This document shows, in pieces, positions 17,290 through 28,385 of a stretch of DNA of 64,000 nt; within the stretch, counting starts at the first letter, position 1; each line of letters begins with the position of its first letter. Below the pieces are notes generated by a model. The model was not told the origin of the DNA, did not search any database, and saw only the letters and a program-made list of their open reading frames with translations. Source of the DNA: Ignavibacteria bacterium. Lineage in GTDB: Bacteria; Bacteroidota; Ignavibacteria; UBA10030. The DNA is taken from assembly GCA_016873805.1 (NCBI GenBank), contig VGVZ01000010.1, positions 17,629 to 81,628 on the forward strand. Direction: 5' to 3'. The translations under genes and the position numbers were made by a program.

Positions 17290-20200
17290 AACCGAAGAGA
17301 CCCGATACTGGAGAAGCCTGAGAGATCTCGCGGATCACCCGGAAGTCGCTCAACTCAAATCGAACGAATTCCTTGCCGGCGTAACCGACGAAAGCGACGT
17401 TGCGGATCTCTCCCCGGTGTCGCGACGAACGTTCCTTGCACTTCTGTCAGCTTCGGCTGCCTTCGCCGCGGCGAGCTGTACGAACTACCGTGATAAAGGA
17501 GAGGTTGTCCCATACAACAAGCAGCCGGAAGAGATCACGATTGGCAAAGCCAATTACTATGCGTCGACATGCACGGGATGCTCGGCCAATTGCGGGATCC
17601 TGATTAAGACTCGCGAGGGACGCCCCGTCAAGGTCGACGGGAATCCGGATCACCCCGTGAACGCAGGGAAGTTGTGCGTGCGCGGTCAAGCGTCGGTTCT
17701 CGATCTCTATGATCCGCAGCGATTGCGTACCCCACAATTCAAGGGATCCGGCGGAGGCTTTGCCGAGGGTTCGTGGGAAGAGGCAGACCGCACGATCATG
17801 AGTCAACTCGCGAAGACAGCTGCCGAAGGGAAAGAGATTGCTCTCGTCACGCACACCGTCACGTCGCCCACGTTTCGGAAAGTGCTTGACGCCTTCATGG
17901 CACGCTATCCAAGCTCCAGAACGTACAGCTACGAGCTTTTCTCCGATCGCTTCCGCTCCAATGCCTGGATCCGGTCATACGGTTCCAACGGTGCGCCTGT
18001 TATCCGCTGGGAAGCGGCACGGACCCTTCTCCTTCTCGAAGCAGATGTTCTCGCCACCGAAGGAGATGTTCTTGAGCAAATCCGATCAATCACGAAAAAC
18101 CGTGACATGAACGATCCGCGACACTTCAGTCGTATCTGGGTCGCCGAAGCCGGGCTGTCCCTGACAGGCATGAATGCGGACCACAGAATCCGTCTCAAAC
18201 CGGGGGCTCAGTTTGAATTTGTGATGGGGCTCATCCACGAGGTGGCCCAGAGGCGCAAGCTTTCCGCAATCTCCCCGGAGACCTCCGTGGTGGAGGCAAT
18301 AGGTCAATATCCATTGGCCCAAGTTGTCGCGAGACACCGATTGCCCGCACATCTGGTTGAGGGACTTGTCAACGGTCTCGTTTCTCACCGCGGCGAATCT
18401 ATCGTCTTTGCTGGAAGTACACTCCCCGAAGAAGTACACACCGCTGTCATTCTCCTGAACGAGGTTCTCGGCAATACCGGCCTGTACGACCAGAGGGTAT
18501 CTCGCGTCCAGTATTCGTCCGAAGCGACCATGGAGGATTGGGTTCTCCTCGTTCAGAAGATGCGGGAAGGAAAAATCGGAGCGATCGTGCACGTCGACGC
18601 CAATCCGGCGTATCATCTTCCGCAGGAACTTCGATACGCTGAGGCGGCTCAACGCGTTCCCGCAATCGTGACGTTGACCCAACGTGAAAACGAATCGTCG
18701 GTGATCAGCACGATCGTGCTTCCGATCAACCATGCATTCGAATCGTGGGGAGATTTTAAGACTCGAACAGGACAGTTCAGTCTTCAGCAGCCGGTCATTG
18801 AGCCTTTATACGCAACTCGGCAGAAGGAGGCGATTTTGCTTCACTGGGCGTCCGGTTCGACCACTCAGCCGGATGCTTCGTCCTATCATCGTTACCTCAA
18901 GAAGCGATGGGAAGAGGAAGTCTACCCGTCCATCAAGAGTCCGGTTGCATTCTCGCGGTTCTGGCATGCAGCTCTTCATGACGGCCTTCTGCTCCACTCC
19001 GAGAAACCGATCGCGCGTGGTCAATTTATAATCAACGCGGATTGGCTCCAGCCACTTTGGCGCGAAACGGATCAGTTCACCGTGTTGGTCAGACCGAGCC
19101 AGAACGTGGGGGACGGGCGGTACGCGGAAAACGGATGGCTTCAGGAAATCCCGCACCCCGTGTCGAAAGTGGTTTGGGACAACTACGCGGCGGTCGCACC
19201 TCAGACGGCAAAGAGTTTAGGAGTCGAAAATAACGATATCATCGACATTCGCGCCGGAGAGCGCCGTCTTCAGATTCCTGTGTTCGTTCAACCCGGGACT
19301 GCTGAAGATGCGGTCGTAATCGAACACGGCTACGGACGAAGAACCGCCGGCCCGGTCGGCACAGACGTCGGATTCGATGTCGGATCGCTCATGCCCGTCG
19401 AAATCCGCTCAACTCCCTACATCTTCTCCGCCGCGGTGACCAAAGGATCCGGAAGCTACGAGCTTGTTTCCACGCAGGAACACCACGCGCTTGACGATGC
19501 ATTCGTGAAGGATCTTCATCTTAAGCGGAAGATCATTCGCGAAGGGAGTGTTGCGCAATATCTCAACACTCCGGACTTCATTCAGAAGGGACGCCACGAG
19601 CCCGAAAGCATAACGAAGATCCTCGAGTACGACGGCGTGAAATGGGCGATGGCCATCGACCTGAACAAATGTATCGGTTGCACGGCATGTGTTGCCTCCT
19701 GCGTTGCTGAGAACAACATTCCTGTCGTGGGCAAAGAACAGGTCGAACTCGGCCGCGAGATGCAATGGATCCGTATCGATCGGTACTACTCCGGTACCCC
19801 CGAAGATCCCGTTGTCAGCAATCAACCGATGTTGTGCCAGCACTGCGATCACGCTCCGTGCGAGAACGTCTGTCCGGTTGCCGCGACCAATCACAGTCCG
19901 GACGGATTGAATCAGATGGCATACAATCGTTGCGTCGGGACGCGGTACTGCTCGAATAACTGTCCGTACAAAGTCCGGCGTTTCAATTTCCTCGACTTCC
20001 GGAATGATTTTGCCGATGGAATCTACGCCGAGGAACCGATGAGTGCCTTGTACAACCCGGAGGTGACGGTCCGGTCGCGCGGAGTCATGGAGAAGTGCAC
20101 ATTCTGCATCCAGCGCATTATGGAGGCACGACAAGTTGCCGCTGAAGAAGGAAGAGAGATCCGGGGATCTGATGTCGTGACGGCATGTCAGCAGGCGTGT

Positions 20201-20365
20201 CCTGCCGACGCCATTGTGTTCGGCGACATGAACGACCCTCAGTCGAAAGTGTCACACTACCGCGCGCACAATCTTGGATACCACGTCCTCGAAGAAATCA
20301 ACGTTCGTCCCAATGTGACGTACATGGCAAAACTCAGGAATAGACAGACGGAGAATCCGGCGTGA
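17282..20365 (+). CDS. actB: Alternative complex III subunit ActB (molybdopterin-oxidoreductase-like domain fused to a 4Fe-4S domain)
   Basis: 1027 aa. N-terminal [13 protein letters not shown] and Tat-like [20 protein letters not shown]. Cys clusters [59 protein letters not shown]. Confidence 0.9.
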   Translation: MSRTEETRYWRSLRDLADHPEVAQLKSNEFLAGVTDESDVADLSPVSRRTFLALLSASAAFAAASCTNYRDKGEVVPYNKQPEEITIGKANYYASTCTGCSANCGILIKTREGRPVKVDGNPDHPVNAGKLCVRGQASVLDLYDPQRLRTPQFKGSGGGFAEGSWEEADRTIMSQLAKTAAEGKEIALVTHTVTSPTFRKVLDAFMARYPSSRTYSYELFSDRFRSNAWIRSYGSNGAPVIRWEAARTLLLLEADVLATEGDVLEQIRSITKNRDMNDPRHFSRIWVAEAGLSLTGMNADHRIRLKPGAQFEFVMGLIHEVAQRRKLSAISPETSVVEAIGQYPLAQVVARHRLPAHLVEGLVNGLVSHRGESIVFAGSTLPEEVHTAVILLNEVLGNTGLYDQRVSRVQYSSEATMEDWVLLVQKMREGKIGAIVHVDANPAYHLPQELRYAEAAQRVPAIVTLTQRENESSVISTIVLPINHAFESWGDFKTRTGQFSLQQPVIEPLYATRQKEAILLHWASGSTTQPDASSYHRYLKKRWEEEVYPSIKSPVAFSRFWHAALHDGLLLHSEKPIARGQFIINADWLQPLWRETDQFTVLVRPSQNVGDGRYAENGWLQEIPHPVSKVVWDNYAAVAPQTAKSLGVENNDIIDIRAGERRLQIPVFVQPGTAEDAVVIEHGYGRRTAGPVGTDVGFDVGSLMPVEIRSTPYIFSAAVTKGSGSYELVSTQEHHALDDAFVKDLHLKRKIIREGSVAQYLNTPDFIQKGRHEPESITKILEYDGVKWAMAIDLNKCIGCTACVASCVAENNIPVVGKEQVELGREMQWIRIDRYYSGTPEDPVVSNQPMLCQHCDHAPCENVCPVAATNHSPDGLNQMAYNRCVGTRYCSNNCPYKVRRFNFLDFRNDFADGIYAEEPMSALYNPEVTVRSRGVMEKCTFCIQRIMEARQVAAEEGREIRGSDVVTACQQACPADAIVFGDMNDPQSKVSHYRAHNLGYHVLEEINVRPNVTYMAKLRNRQTENPA

Positions 20366-21732
20366 GCTTTGTTGACTACTCAGTCGAACCACCGGTCGTT
20401 GAAGGCAAGCCGCCACTCTCGTCCATCGATGACGCGATCATCAAGCCGATCGATGCGAAGCCGACAAAGGCCTGGTTCGTGGCCATTGCCGTCTCGGGGA
20501 CGATGCTCCTCATCGGGGCAGCCTCCCTTGCCGTGACATTCATTTTTGGCGTCGGGATGTGGGGTGTCAACCAACCGGTCGGCTGGGGATTCGATATTGT
20601 CAACTTCGTTTTCTGGGTAGGCATCGGGCACGCGGGGACACTGATTTCGGCCATTCTCTTCCTGCTTCGCCAGCGATGGAGAACCGGCATCGCGCGGTTT
20701 GCCGAGGCCATGACCATTTTCGCCGTGATGTGCGCCGGATTGTTTCCATTGATTCATACAGGTCGGCCGTGGCTTGACGGTTATCTCATGCCGTATCCGA
20801 ACCAGCACGGACTCTGGATCAACTTCACCTCTCCGTTGGTGTGGGACGTCTTTGCCGTTTCCACTTACTTCACCGTTTCGGCAATCTTCTGGTACGTCGG
20901 GCTGATTCCCGATTTTGCCACATTGAGAGACCGGACGGTAAGCAGGATCAAGAAGATAGTGTATTCTATTCTCAGCCTCGGATGGCGGCATTCCAATCGC
21001 CACTGGCAGCACTACGAAATGGCGTATCTCATTCTCGCCGGATTTGCCACGCCGCTCGTCCTCTCCGTTCATACAATTGTGAGCTTCGATTTTGCGGTAT
21101 CGATTATCCCGGGCTGGCACACAACAATCTTCCCTCCCTACTTCGTTGCGGGCGCGGTCTTTTCCGGATTTGCGATGGTTCAGAACATGCTGATCGGCAT
21201 TCGGAAGATCTACGCCATCGAGCACATCATCACGATCGATCATCTCGAGAAGATGAACAAGATCATGATCACGACCGGCATGATGGTGGGATACGCGTAC
21301 GGGATGGAGTTTTTCATCGCGTGGTACAGCGGAAACTCCGCGGAGACATTTGTCTTTTTCAACCGCGCACTGGGCCCATACGCATGGGCGTATTGGACGA
21401 TGGTCATCTGCAACGTCGTCTTCCCTCAGCTTTTCTGGTTTAAGAAGATCCGGCGCTCGATTCCGGCAATGTTTGTCATCGGCGTGCTCGTGAACGTCGG
21501 CATGTGGTTCGAACGGTTTGTTATTGTCGTCACATCACTCTCTCGCGATTATCTCCCCTCAAGCTGGGGATTCTATGTTCCATCCATCTACGACATCGGC
21601 ATTCTGATCGGGAGTTTTGGATTGTTCTTCACCCTGCTCCTTCTGTTTGTCAAATCGATGCCGGTCGTTTCGATTTCCGAGGTGAAGGGCGTAGTGGAAG
21701 GCGCCCAGCCCTCGCACGGAGGTTCCCACTGA
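20362..21732 (+). CDS. actC: Alternative complex III quinol-interacting membrane subunit ActC (NrfD/PsrC family)
   Basis: 456 aa and polytopic. GTG start overlaps the actB stop (GTGA). Position and NrfD-like pattern support the call. Confidence 0.85.
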   Translation: MSFVDYSVEPPVVEGKPPLSSIDDAIIKPIDAKPTKAWFVAIAVSGTMLLIGAASLAVTFIFGVGMWGVNQPVGWGFDIVNFVFWVGIGHAGTLISAILFLLRQRWRTGIARFAEAMTIFAVMCAGLFPLIHTGRPWLDGYLMPYPNQHGLWINFTSPLVWDVFAVSTYFTVSAIFWYVGLIPDFATLRDRTVSRIKKIVYSILSLGWRHSNRHWQHYEMAYLILAGFATPLVLSVHTIVSFDFAVSIIPGWHTTIFPPYFVAGAVFSGFAMVQNMLIGIRKIYAIEHIITIDHLEKMNKIMITTGMMVGYAYGMEFFIAWYSGNSAETFVFFNRALGPYAWAYWTMVICNVVFPQLFWFKKIRRSIPAMFVIGVLVNVGMWFERFVIVVTSLSRDYLPSSWGFYVPSIYDIGILIGSFGLFFTLLLLFVKSMPVVSISEVKGVVEGAQPSHGGSH

Positions 21733-22871
21733 TGCAGGACGCGCGCCTCTACTCACTCTCAGCCATTTTTCAGACGCCGGACGAGATTGCCCACGCGGCC
21801 GAGCAGACCGTCGAGAGAGGATATACCGCGTTCGACGTGCATTCGCCCTATCCGCTTCACGGCATGCCGAGGGCGATGGGACTCAAAGCGTCGAAACTCG
21901 GATACGTGACGCTGGTCTTTGGTTTGTCGGGGGCCGCCCTGGCACTTTTCTTCATGTGGTGGGTGAACGTGATCGAATACCCGCTCGTGATCGGAGGAAA
22001 GCCTCTCTTTCAGCTTCCCGCCTTCATCCCGGTGACGTTTGAAGTGACGGTACTGATGGCTGCGATTTTCACCGTCGTCGGCATGTTGTTCGTGATCTTC
22101 CGGTTTCCGAATACGAGTCATCAGCTCCACGACACGCCGTACATGAAAGCGGTTTCCTCTGACAAGTACGGCCTGACCATCCAGGCTCTCGACCCCCTCT
22201 TCGATGAAGAACGCGTCCGCGAGTTTCTCCAGGATCTTGGAGCGGTCGAAATTCATCGCATCCAGTTCGACGCAGAAGAAATCGAAGCACGGCCGAGGAT
22301 TTTCGAGCCGCGGTTCGTCACTCTTCTGATTCTTGTGGCACTCCTGGTCGGCCCCTCCACGTACATCATCCTGAACCATGTCTTGTATATGCCACCGTTT
22401 GATTGGATGATGGAACAGCAGAAGATCAACCCCCAGATGAAGAGCGAGCTTTTCGCCGATGGATTCGGGATGCGATCGCCCGTCGAGGGAACGGTCGCTC
22501 GCGGCCATCTCCCATACCCGTTCAAAGGTCAACCGGATCTGGCAGGGAAATTCCTCGTCAATCCGATCCTTCCCACTGAATCCGTCCTCGAGCTTGGAAA
22601 GAAGAAATACGACACCTTTTGTTCGCCGTGTCACGGAAATTTCGGGGATGGCGACAGCAGATTGCGCGGTCAGTTTCCGAATCCACCCACGCTTCATTCG
22701 GATAAGAGCCGCGGATGGTCCGACGGGATGATCTTTCACGTCGTGACGGAGGGGCAGAATATCATGCCCTCCTACGCGTCTCAGATCAAGGAACGTGACC
22801 GCTGGGCTGTCGTTCACTACGTTCGCGCCCTGCTCCGCGCGAAGCATGCCACGGAGGCGGATCTGCGATGA
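21732..22871 (+). CDS. actD-actE: Fused ActD (DUF3341-type) and ActE (monoheme cytochrome c) subunit of alternative complex III
   Basis: ATG 21732 overlaps the actC stop by one base (TGATG: stop TGA 21730-21732, ATG 21732-21734). N-terminal half: LYSLSAIFQTPDEIAHAAE...FDVHSPYPLHGM plus a TM hairpin. Then a third TM helix (FVTLLILVALLVGPSTYIIL). Then a cytochrome c domain, CSPCHGNFG...IMPSY. The frame is continuous with no stop. Confidence 0.8.
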   Translation: MQDARLYSLSAIFQTPDEIAHAAEQTVERGYTAFDVHSPYPLHGMPRAMGLKASKLGYVTLVFGLSGAALALFFMWWVNVIEYPLVIGGKPLFQLPAFIPVTFEVTVLMAAIFTVVGMLFVIFRFPNTSHQLHDTPYMKAVSSDKYGLTIQALDPLFDEERVREFLQDLGAVEIHRIQFDAEEIEARPRIFEPRFVTLLILVALLVGPSTYIILNHVLYMPPFDWMMEQQKINPQMKSELFADGFGMRSPVEGTVARGHLPYPFKGQPDLAGKFLVNPILPTESVLELGKKKYDTFCSPCHGNFGDGDSRLRGQFPNPPTLHSDKSRGWSDGMIFHVVTEGQNIMPSYASQIKERDRWAVVHYVRALLRAKHATEADLR

Positions 22872-24052
22872 AAACACCTCTTCAGATCGAGTTTCAGCAG
22901 AAAGCCCTCCCGACCCGGTTGACCTCGCTTGCATGGGTGATGATCGGAGCCGGAGCGGCACTTGCCGTTGCGGCCTGGTATGTCGACGGTCCGCGCGCGG
23001 CGTTCAACAACGTCGTGATGTTTATGATGCTTGCCAGCATCGGGATTGGATCGCTGTTTTTGATTTCGCTCGAATATGTTGCCGGCGCCGTCTGGAGCAC
23101 CCCGATGCGGAGAGTGAGCGAGATTCTGGCATTCATCATTCCCGTCACGGGGGTCGCTGCTCTTCCCATGTTTCTGAACCTGCATGACTTGTTCCACTGG
23201 ACGCATGCCGAGGCGGTCGAAGCCGATGCGATTCTCAAAGGAAAATCTCCCTATCTCAATGTGACGTTTTTCGGCATTCGGTTCGTCGCCACATTTGCGA
23301 TCTGGTATCTCTTCTATCACTTCATCACCCGGAATTCACGAAAACAAGATTCGACCGGCGATCAACTCTTCACAAGGCGCAACATCAGGTTGTCGGCCAT
23401 CTTCATCCCCGTCTTCGCTGTGACGGTGACGTTTCTTGCCATCGATTGGATCATGAGCCTCGAGCCCCATTGGTTTTCGACCATCTTCGGTGTCTACTAT
23501 TTTTCCGGAACGATGCTCGCCGCGCTTGCCGCTGCAACGATCGCGATCATTCTTCTTCATGAGAACGGGTACTTCGGCACACTCCTGAGAAGGGATCATT
23601 TCTATAGTCTCGGCGCGCTGATGTTCGCGTTCGTAAACTTTTGGGCCTACATCGCATTCAGTCAGTATTTGCTGATCTGGTACGCAAACCTGCCGGAAGA
23701 GACGTTTTGGATGACGCGTCGCTGGGAAGGGGGCTGGGAGTTCCTCTCGCTGGCACTCATCGTCGTACATTTTGTTGTACCCTATGTCGGTTTGCTTGCC
23801 CAGGAAGCAAAGATGAATCCGCGCCGGTTGAAGATCATGGCGATCTGGATCCTGTTTGCTCATTTCATCGATTTGTACTGGCTCGTCATGCCGACGCATC
23901 ACGAATCATTTTTCTTCGGATGGATGGAGGTCGGGTTCCCGCTCCTGAGTGTCGGGATTGTGCTGCTGGTGTTCATCCTCCGATACCGGAAGACCTCACT
24001 CATACCGACTGGGGATCCAAAGCTAAAACGCGGACTCGATTTCAGACTCTGA
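22868..24052 (+). CDS. actF: Alternative complex III membrane subunit ActF (NrfD-like)
   Basis: 394 aa and polytopic. ATGA overlap with the previous gene. Position after actE supports the call. Confidence 0.8.
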   Translation: MKTPLQIEFQQKALPTRLTSLAWVMIGAGAALAVAAWYVDGPRAAFNNVVMFMMLASIGIGSLFLISLEYVAGAVWSTPMRRVSEILAFIIPVTGVAALPMFLNLHDLFHWTHAEAVEADAILKGKSPYLNVTFFGIRFVATFAIWYLFYHFITRNSRKQDSTGDQLFTRRNIRLSAIFIPVFAVTVTFLAIDWIMSLEPHWFSTIFGVYYFSGTMLAALAAATIAIILLHENGYFGTLLRRDHFYSLGALMFAFVNFWAYIAFSQYLLIWYANLPEETFWMTRRWEGGWEFLSLALIVVHFVVPYVGLLAQEAKMNPRRLKIMAIWILFAHFIDLYWLVMPTHHESFFFGWMEVGFPLLSVGIVLLVFILRYRKTSLIPTGDPKLKRGLDFRL

Positions 24053-24064
24053 TTCAGGGTACTC

Positions 24065-25012
24065 ATGAACGACCAACAACGACCGAAAGACGAGCTCGAC
24101 TTCAGGGAGATCTTCAAGACTCCCCTGCGACTGTTTGGATATTCCTACTTCTACGTGCTGGCCGTCGTCCTCATTGTCGGACTGTACTATATCCAATCGC
24201 TCGACACCATCTCGAGGAATGCGATCCAACCGTCGCTTCCGGACAGCACGCTCGTGGTTACCGATATTCCGATGAAGGAGCCGGTGAATCTCCCACCGGT
24301 TGACATCGCGAACATCAGCATTCCATCACCGGATCTCCTCAATCGCGGACGCCAGCTCTACAGCGGAAACTGTGCATCCTGCCATGATGAGAATGGCGAG
24401 GGCAACGGTCCCGCAGGTGCTGTGTTCAATCCCAAACCGCGGAACTTGACTTCCGACGAAGGGTGGGTCAACGCTCGGACCATCTCAGCACTTTACAAGA
24501 CGCTCGATGAAGGCCTCTTGAAAACGGGCATGCCTTCGTACAATCATCTGTCGCCGGCCGACCGATTCGCCCTCATTCACTTTGTGCGATCGCTGGGGCC
24601 GGACTCCCCTTCCGATTCACCTGATGAGCTGAAGGCGCTCGATGCGTCGTACAATCTCTCAAAGGGAACGCGGGTGGCACCGCAGATCCCCGTTCTCGTG
24701 GCGTCACGCAAGCTGGTGCAGGAATCTGCCGGCACCGCAGGCAAGGTCGCGAGCTTGCTCATGGCGATGGATCACGCCGGCACGGACGCCGGAGCGATGA
24801 TGTTCAGAAAGGTGTGCACGGATCGGAGACGGGCAGCAACCATCCTGGCATCGGTCGACTTGAGGACAATGAAGAAGAGTGATTTCACATTTCTGATCTC
24901 AGCATCCCCGGCATGGTGCGGATTCAGTGAATCTGTAGTCCTGTTAAACAGCGCAGAGTGGGATGCCCTCTACCAATATTGCACCAATCTGTATCAGAAG
25001 ATAAAGAGTTGA
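24065..25012 (+). CDS. Membrane-anchored monoheme class I cytochrome c with an uncharacterised C-terminal domain
   Basis: 315 aa. TM helix LFGYSYFYVLAVVLIVGLYYI. Heme motif CASCH...GMPSY. About 130 C-terminal residues have no motif I recognise. Confidence 0.75.
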   Translation: MNDQQRPKDELDFREIFKTPLRLFGYSYFYVLAVVLIVGLYYIQSLDTISRNAIQPSLPDSTLVVTDIPMKEPVNLPPVDIANISIPSPDLLNRGRQLYSGNCASCHDENGEGNGPAGAVFNPKPRNLTSDEGWVNARTISALYKTLDEGLLKTGMPSYNHLSPADRFALIHFVRSLGPDSPSDSPDELKALDASYNLSKGTRVAPQIPVLVASRKLVQESAGTAGKVASLLMAMDHAGTDAGAMMFRKVCTDRRRAATILASVDLRTMKKSDFTFLISASPAWCGFSESVVLLNSAEWDALYQYCTNLYQKIKS

Positions 25013-25015
25013 GTC

Positions 25016-25807
25016 ATGAAGAACCGCACAATCGCTCTGCTCGGCAGTCTCCTGGTTTTCAGCACACTGATCTATTCTTCCATCGCTTTTGCTCAGGACC
25101 GCAGCGGCGCCAAGCCGGAGGTGGGCATTGAGGAACAGCTCGGAACGACGATTCCTGCCGATCTCGAGTTCTACGATGAACACGGTCAGATCGTCACACT
25201 CGGAGACCTCGTCAACAAACCGACGATTCTCACGCTCGTCTTCTATCGCTGCCAGGGGATTTGCACCCCACTCCTCATGGAAACGGCATCGATTGTCGAC
25301 AAGATGGGTCTTGAGCCGGGACAGGATTACCAGATCCTCACATTGAGTTTTGACTTCACGGAAAAGCCTAGTCTCGCACAGGCCAAGAAGTTCAACTTCC
25401 TCAAAGCGCTCGAGAAAAAAGTTCCAAACGATTTCTGGCGCTTTCTCACCGGCGACAGTGCCAACGTCTTCGCTCTCACGAATGCCGTAGGATTCTATTT
25501 CAAGCCGGAAGAAGATCAATTCATTCACCCGGGCGCTTTGATATTCCTGTCGCCCGAACGTAAAGTCACGCGCTATCTGCTTGGAATCACCTATCTCCCC
25601 TTTGATGTGAAGATGGCCCTCATGGAAGCTTCCGAAGGAAGAACTGGACCCACCATTGCCAAGCTTCTCAAGTTCTGCTACACGTACGATGCAGAGGGAA
25701 GAACGTACGCAATGAACATTACCCGAATCGCTGGAATCGGGATTCTCCTCCTCATCGGCGTGTTCGTGACATTTGTTGTTCTCAAACCGAAACGAGCAAG
25801 GAATTGA
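25016..25807 (+). CDS. SCO1/SenC-family copper chaperone (thioredoxin fold)
   Basis: 263 aa. Signal/anchor sequence, then LTLVFYRCQGICTPL (CxxxC). A C-terminal TM helix. Confidence 0.8.
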   Translation: MKNRTIALLGSLLVFSTLIYSSIAFAQDRSGAKPEVGIEEQLGTTIPADLEFYDEHGQIVTLGDLVNKPTILTLVFYRCQGICTPLLMETASIVDKMGLEPGQDYQILTLSFDFTEKPSLAQAKKFNFLKALEKKVPNDFWRFLTGDSANVFALTNAVGFYFKPEEDQFIHPGALIFLSPERKVTRYLLGITYLPFDVKMALMEASEGRTGPTIAKLLKFCYTYDAEGRTYAMNITRIAGIGILLLIGVFVTFVVLKPKRARN

Positions 25808-25811
25808 CTCT

Positions 25812-27452
25812 ATGAGTAACCATGCACTCGCCTCTCAGAGTGCGAGGACAGACTTCATGCGTGCCGCTGGTTCACGGAAAGGAATCCTCTCGTGGATTCT
25901 CTCCACCGATCACAAGCGGATCGGCATTCTTTATATGATTGCGATGGGGATCTTCTTCGCCGTGGGGGTCCTCTTCGGTCTCCTCATCCGGCTGGAGCTG
26001 ATCGCTCCCGGCAAAACGATCATGGAAGCGCAAACATACAACTCCGTGTTCACGCTTCACGGCATCATCATGATCTTTCTGTTCATCATTCCGGGATTGC
26101 CGGCCGTTTTCGGAAACTTCTTCCTCCCCATCCTGATCGGTGCGCGCGACGTTTCATTTCCACGGTTGAACCTTCTGTCGTGGTGGCTTTTTGTGGCCGG
26201 CGGTCTTATGGCGATCGTGTCGGTCTTCCTGCCGGGCGGCCCGGCGGATACCGGATGGACCTTTTATATCCCCTACAGCGTTCGCACGAGCACCAATGTC
26301 ATTCCGGCCCTGCTCGCCGCTTTCACGCTCGGATTCTCATCGATCCTCACGGGAATCAACTTCGTCACCACCGTCCATCGTTTAAGGGCTCCTGGAATGA
26401 CGTGGTTCCGGATGCCCCTCTTCATCTGGTCGCTGTACGCGACCGGCTGGGTCCAGGTCCTCGCGACACCGATCGTCGGTATCACCCTTCTGCTGGTCGT
26501 CGTCGAGCGAGCCCTCGGCGTTGGGATTTTCGATCCGGCGCTTGGCGGGGATCCGATCCTGTACCAGCATCTCTTTTGGATCTACTCCCATCCGGCTGTG
26601 TATATCATGATCCTCCCGGCGATGGGATTGATCTCCGAAGTGATTCCGGTTTTCGCGCGGCGAACCATTTTCGGGTACTCGTTCATTGCGTTCTCCAGCA
26701 TCGCGATTGCCCTGCTCGGCTCGCTCGTCTGGGCTCATCATATGTTCACAGTCGGGATGAGCGATACGGCCCAGTGGATCTTCTCACTCCTCACGTTCCT
26801 CGTCTCCATCCCAAGCGCGATCAAGGTCTTCAATTGGGTCTCGACCCTGTACAAAGGATCCATCGAATTGGAACCGCCGATGCTCTTTGCCCTCGCATTT
26901 ATTTTCCAGTTTTCGATCGGGGGATTCACCGGACTGATGCAGGGAGCCCTTGCGCTGAACATGCATCTTCACGACACGTCGTTCATCGTTGCCCATTTTC
27001 ATTACGTGATGTTTGGAGGAACCGGATTCGGCATTTTCGCCGCCATGCACTACTGGTTTCCGAAGATGTTTGGGAAGATGTACAACAAAGCCCGCGCGAA
27101 CGTGTCGTTCATCCTGATTTTCATCGGCTTCAACGTTCTCTACTTCCCTCTGTTCATCGCCGGATACATGGGAATGCCGCGCCGCTACTACGACTACTTG
27201 CCGGAGTTTCAGTCTCTCCATTTCATTTCCACGATCGGATCGTGGATTCTTGTCCTTGGATTGATCATGATGGTGGCGAATCTCCTCATGGGACTCCGAA
27301 ACGGCTCCCGGGCATCGTCGAATCCATGGGGCGGAACCACGCTGGAGTGGACGATCCAGTCACCGCCGACCGTCGAAAACTTTGAAACGATTCCCGTGGT
27401 CGCGACCGGCCCATATGACTACTCACGATATGAGCGGGGAGAACACGCGTGA
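25812..27452 (+). CDS. ctaD: Heme-copper oxidase subunit I, A2-type
   Basis: Trimmed to ATG 25812. DHKRIGILYMI. LFWIYSHPAVYIMILPAMG carries the YSHPxV motif in place of GHPEVY. HDTSFIVAHFHYVM. Confidence 0.95.
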   Translation: MSNHALASQSARTDFMRAAGSRKGILSWILSTDHKRIGILYMIAMGIFFAVGVLFGLLIRLELIAPGKTIMEAQTYNSVFTLHGIIMIFLFIIPGLPAVFGNFFLPILIGARDVSFPRLNLLSWWLFVAGGLMAIVSVFLPGGPADTGWTFYIPYSVRTSTNVIPALLAAFTLGFSSILTGINFVTTVHRLRAPGMTWFRMPLFIWSLYATGWVQVLATPIVGITLLLVVVERALGVGIFDPALGGDPILYQHLFWIYSHPAVYIMILPAMGLISEVIPVFARRTIFGYSFIAFSSIAIALLGSLVWAHHMFTVGMSDTAQWIFSLLTFLVSIPSAIKVFNWVSTLYKGSIELEPPMLFALAFIFQFSIGGFTGLMQGALALNMHLHDTSFIVAHFHYVMFGGTGFGIFAAMHYWFPKMFGKMYNKARANVSFILIFIGFNVLYFPLFIAGYMGMPRRYYDYLPEFQSLHFISTIGSWILVLGLIMMVANLLMGLRNGSRASSNPWGGTTLEWTIQSPPTVENFETIPVVATGPYDYSRYERGEHA

Positions 27453-28069
27453 ACCACTCGAACGCTGTCCAGGCGCATATGCATCGCGATGACTACGGCG
27501 CCAAAATCGGTATGTGGCTGTTCCTCTTTACCGAGCTGATCCTCTTCGGCGGACTGTTCATTGTCTACGCCGTGTACCGGTTCACGTACGGAGACGGCTT
27601 CTCCCTGGCTTCCAAGGAGCTCGATACGCTGGTCGGGATGATCAACACCATTGTGCTCCTGACGAGCAGTCTGACGATGGCGATGTCGATTACGGCAATC
27701 CAGCAAGGAAGAAGACGACTTTCGATCGGACTCGTTGGTGCCACAAACGCGCTCGCCCTTGTCTTCATGGTGAACAAGTATTTCGAGTGGACAGCGAAAT
27801 TCCACCACGGTCTCTTCCCGGGTGGAAAGGAGTTGCTCGAACGTACGAACGGCGAAATCCTGTACTTCGGATTGTACTATGTCATGACCGGACTCCATGC
27901 CATCCATGTGTTGATCGGCATGGTGATCATGACATTCATGATGGTGTATCTCAAGACCGGCCACGTCAACAAAGATTCGTTTGTCAAGCTGGAGAACAGC
28001 GGACTGTACTGGCACCTGGTCGATTTGATTTGGATTTTCTTGTTTCCGCTGTTCTATCTTATTCACTAG
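27449..28069 (+). CDS. ctaE: Cytochrome c oxidase subunit III
   Basis: 206 aa. GTG overlaps the ctaD stop (GTGA). Five TM segments. LYWHLVDLIWIFLFPLFYL is typical of subunit III. Confidence 0.85.
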   Translation: MNHSNAVQAHMHRDDYGAKIGMWLFLFTELILFGGLFIVYAVYRFTYGDGFSLASKELDTLVGMINTIVLLTSSLTMAMSITAIQQGRRRLSIGLVGATNALALVFMVNKYFEWTAKFHHGLFPGGKELLERTNGEILYFGLYYVMTGLHAIHVLIGMVIMTFMMVYLKTGHVNKDSFVKLENSGLYWHLVDLIWIFLFPLFYLIH

Positions 28070-28083
28070 AAGCATATGGAACC

Positions 28084-28380
28084 ATGGATCACGGCACGAA
28101 AAACCATGCACACGTCATCGGATACGGGACATACATTCTCGTCTGGCTCGGGCTCCTCTCATTCACCGGCATCACGGTGGCCGTCGCGGGGATGGATTTG
28201 CAGTTCTACAACATTGCCATCGCACTGATCATCGCAACGGTCAAGGCAATCATGGTCATGACGATCTTCATGCACCTCAAGTTTGAGGATCGGGTGTTTC
28301 GGATATTCGCGACGGTGGCAATCCTCACGCTGCTGATCTTTCTTGTGCTGACCTTTTTCGACTATTCATTCGCAAGGTAA
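28084..28380 (+). CDS. Cytochrome c oxidase subunit IV (prokaryotic small subunit family)
   Basis: 98 aa with three TM helices. KAIMVMTIFMHLKFE pattern. Position within the oxidase operon supports the call. Confidence 0.65.
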   Translation: MDHGTKNHAHVIGYGTYILVWLGLLSFTGITVAVAGMDLQFYNIAIALIIATVKAIMVMTIFMHLKFEDRVFRIFATVAILTLLIFLVLTFFDYSFAR

Positions 28381-28385
28381 CGATC

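Noticed and set aside
21504-21731. Upstream extension of the ActD-ActE ORF (the track ORF starts at 21504)
   Set aside because: The extension overlaps the actC coding frame. A start at ATG 21732, overlapping the actC stop by one base (TGATG), gives the canonical ActD N-terminus.
21759-22961. 400-aa ORF antisense to actD-actE
   Set aside because: Shadow ORF with low-complexity basic composition. The sense frame has a DUF3341-like domain and a CXXCH domain.
25892-27385. 497-aa ORF on the plus strand overlapping ctaD in another frame
   Set aside because: The translation is Arg/Pro/His-rich and low-complexity. The ctaD frame carries unmistakable subunit I motifs. This is a typical GC-rich shadow ORF.
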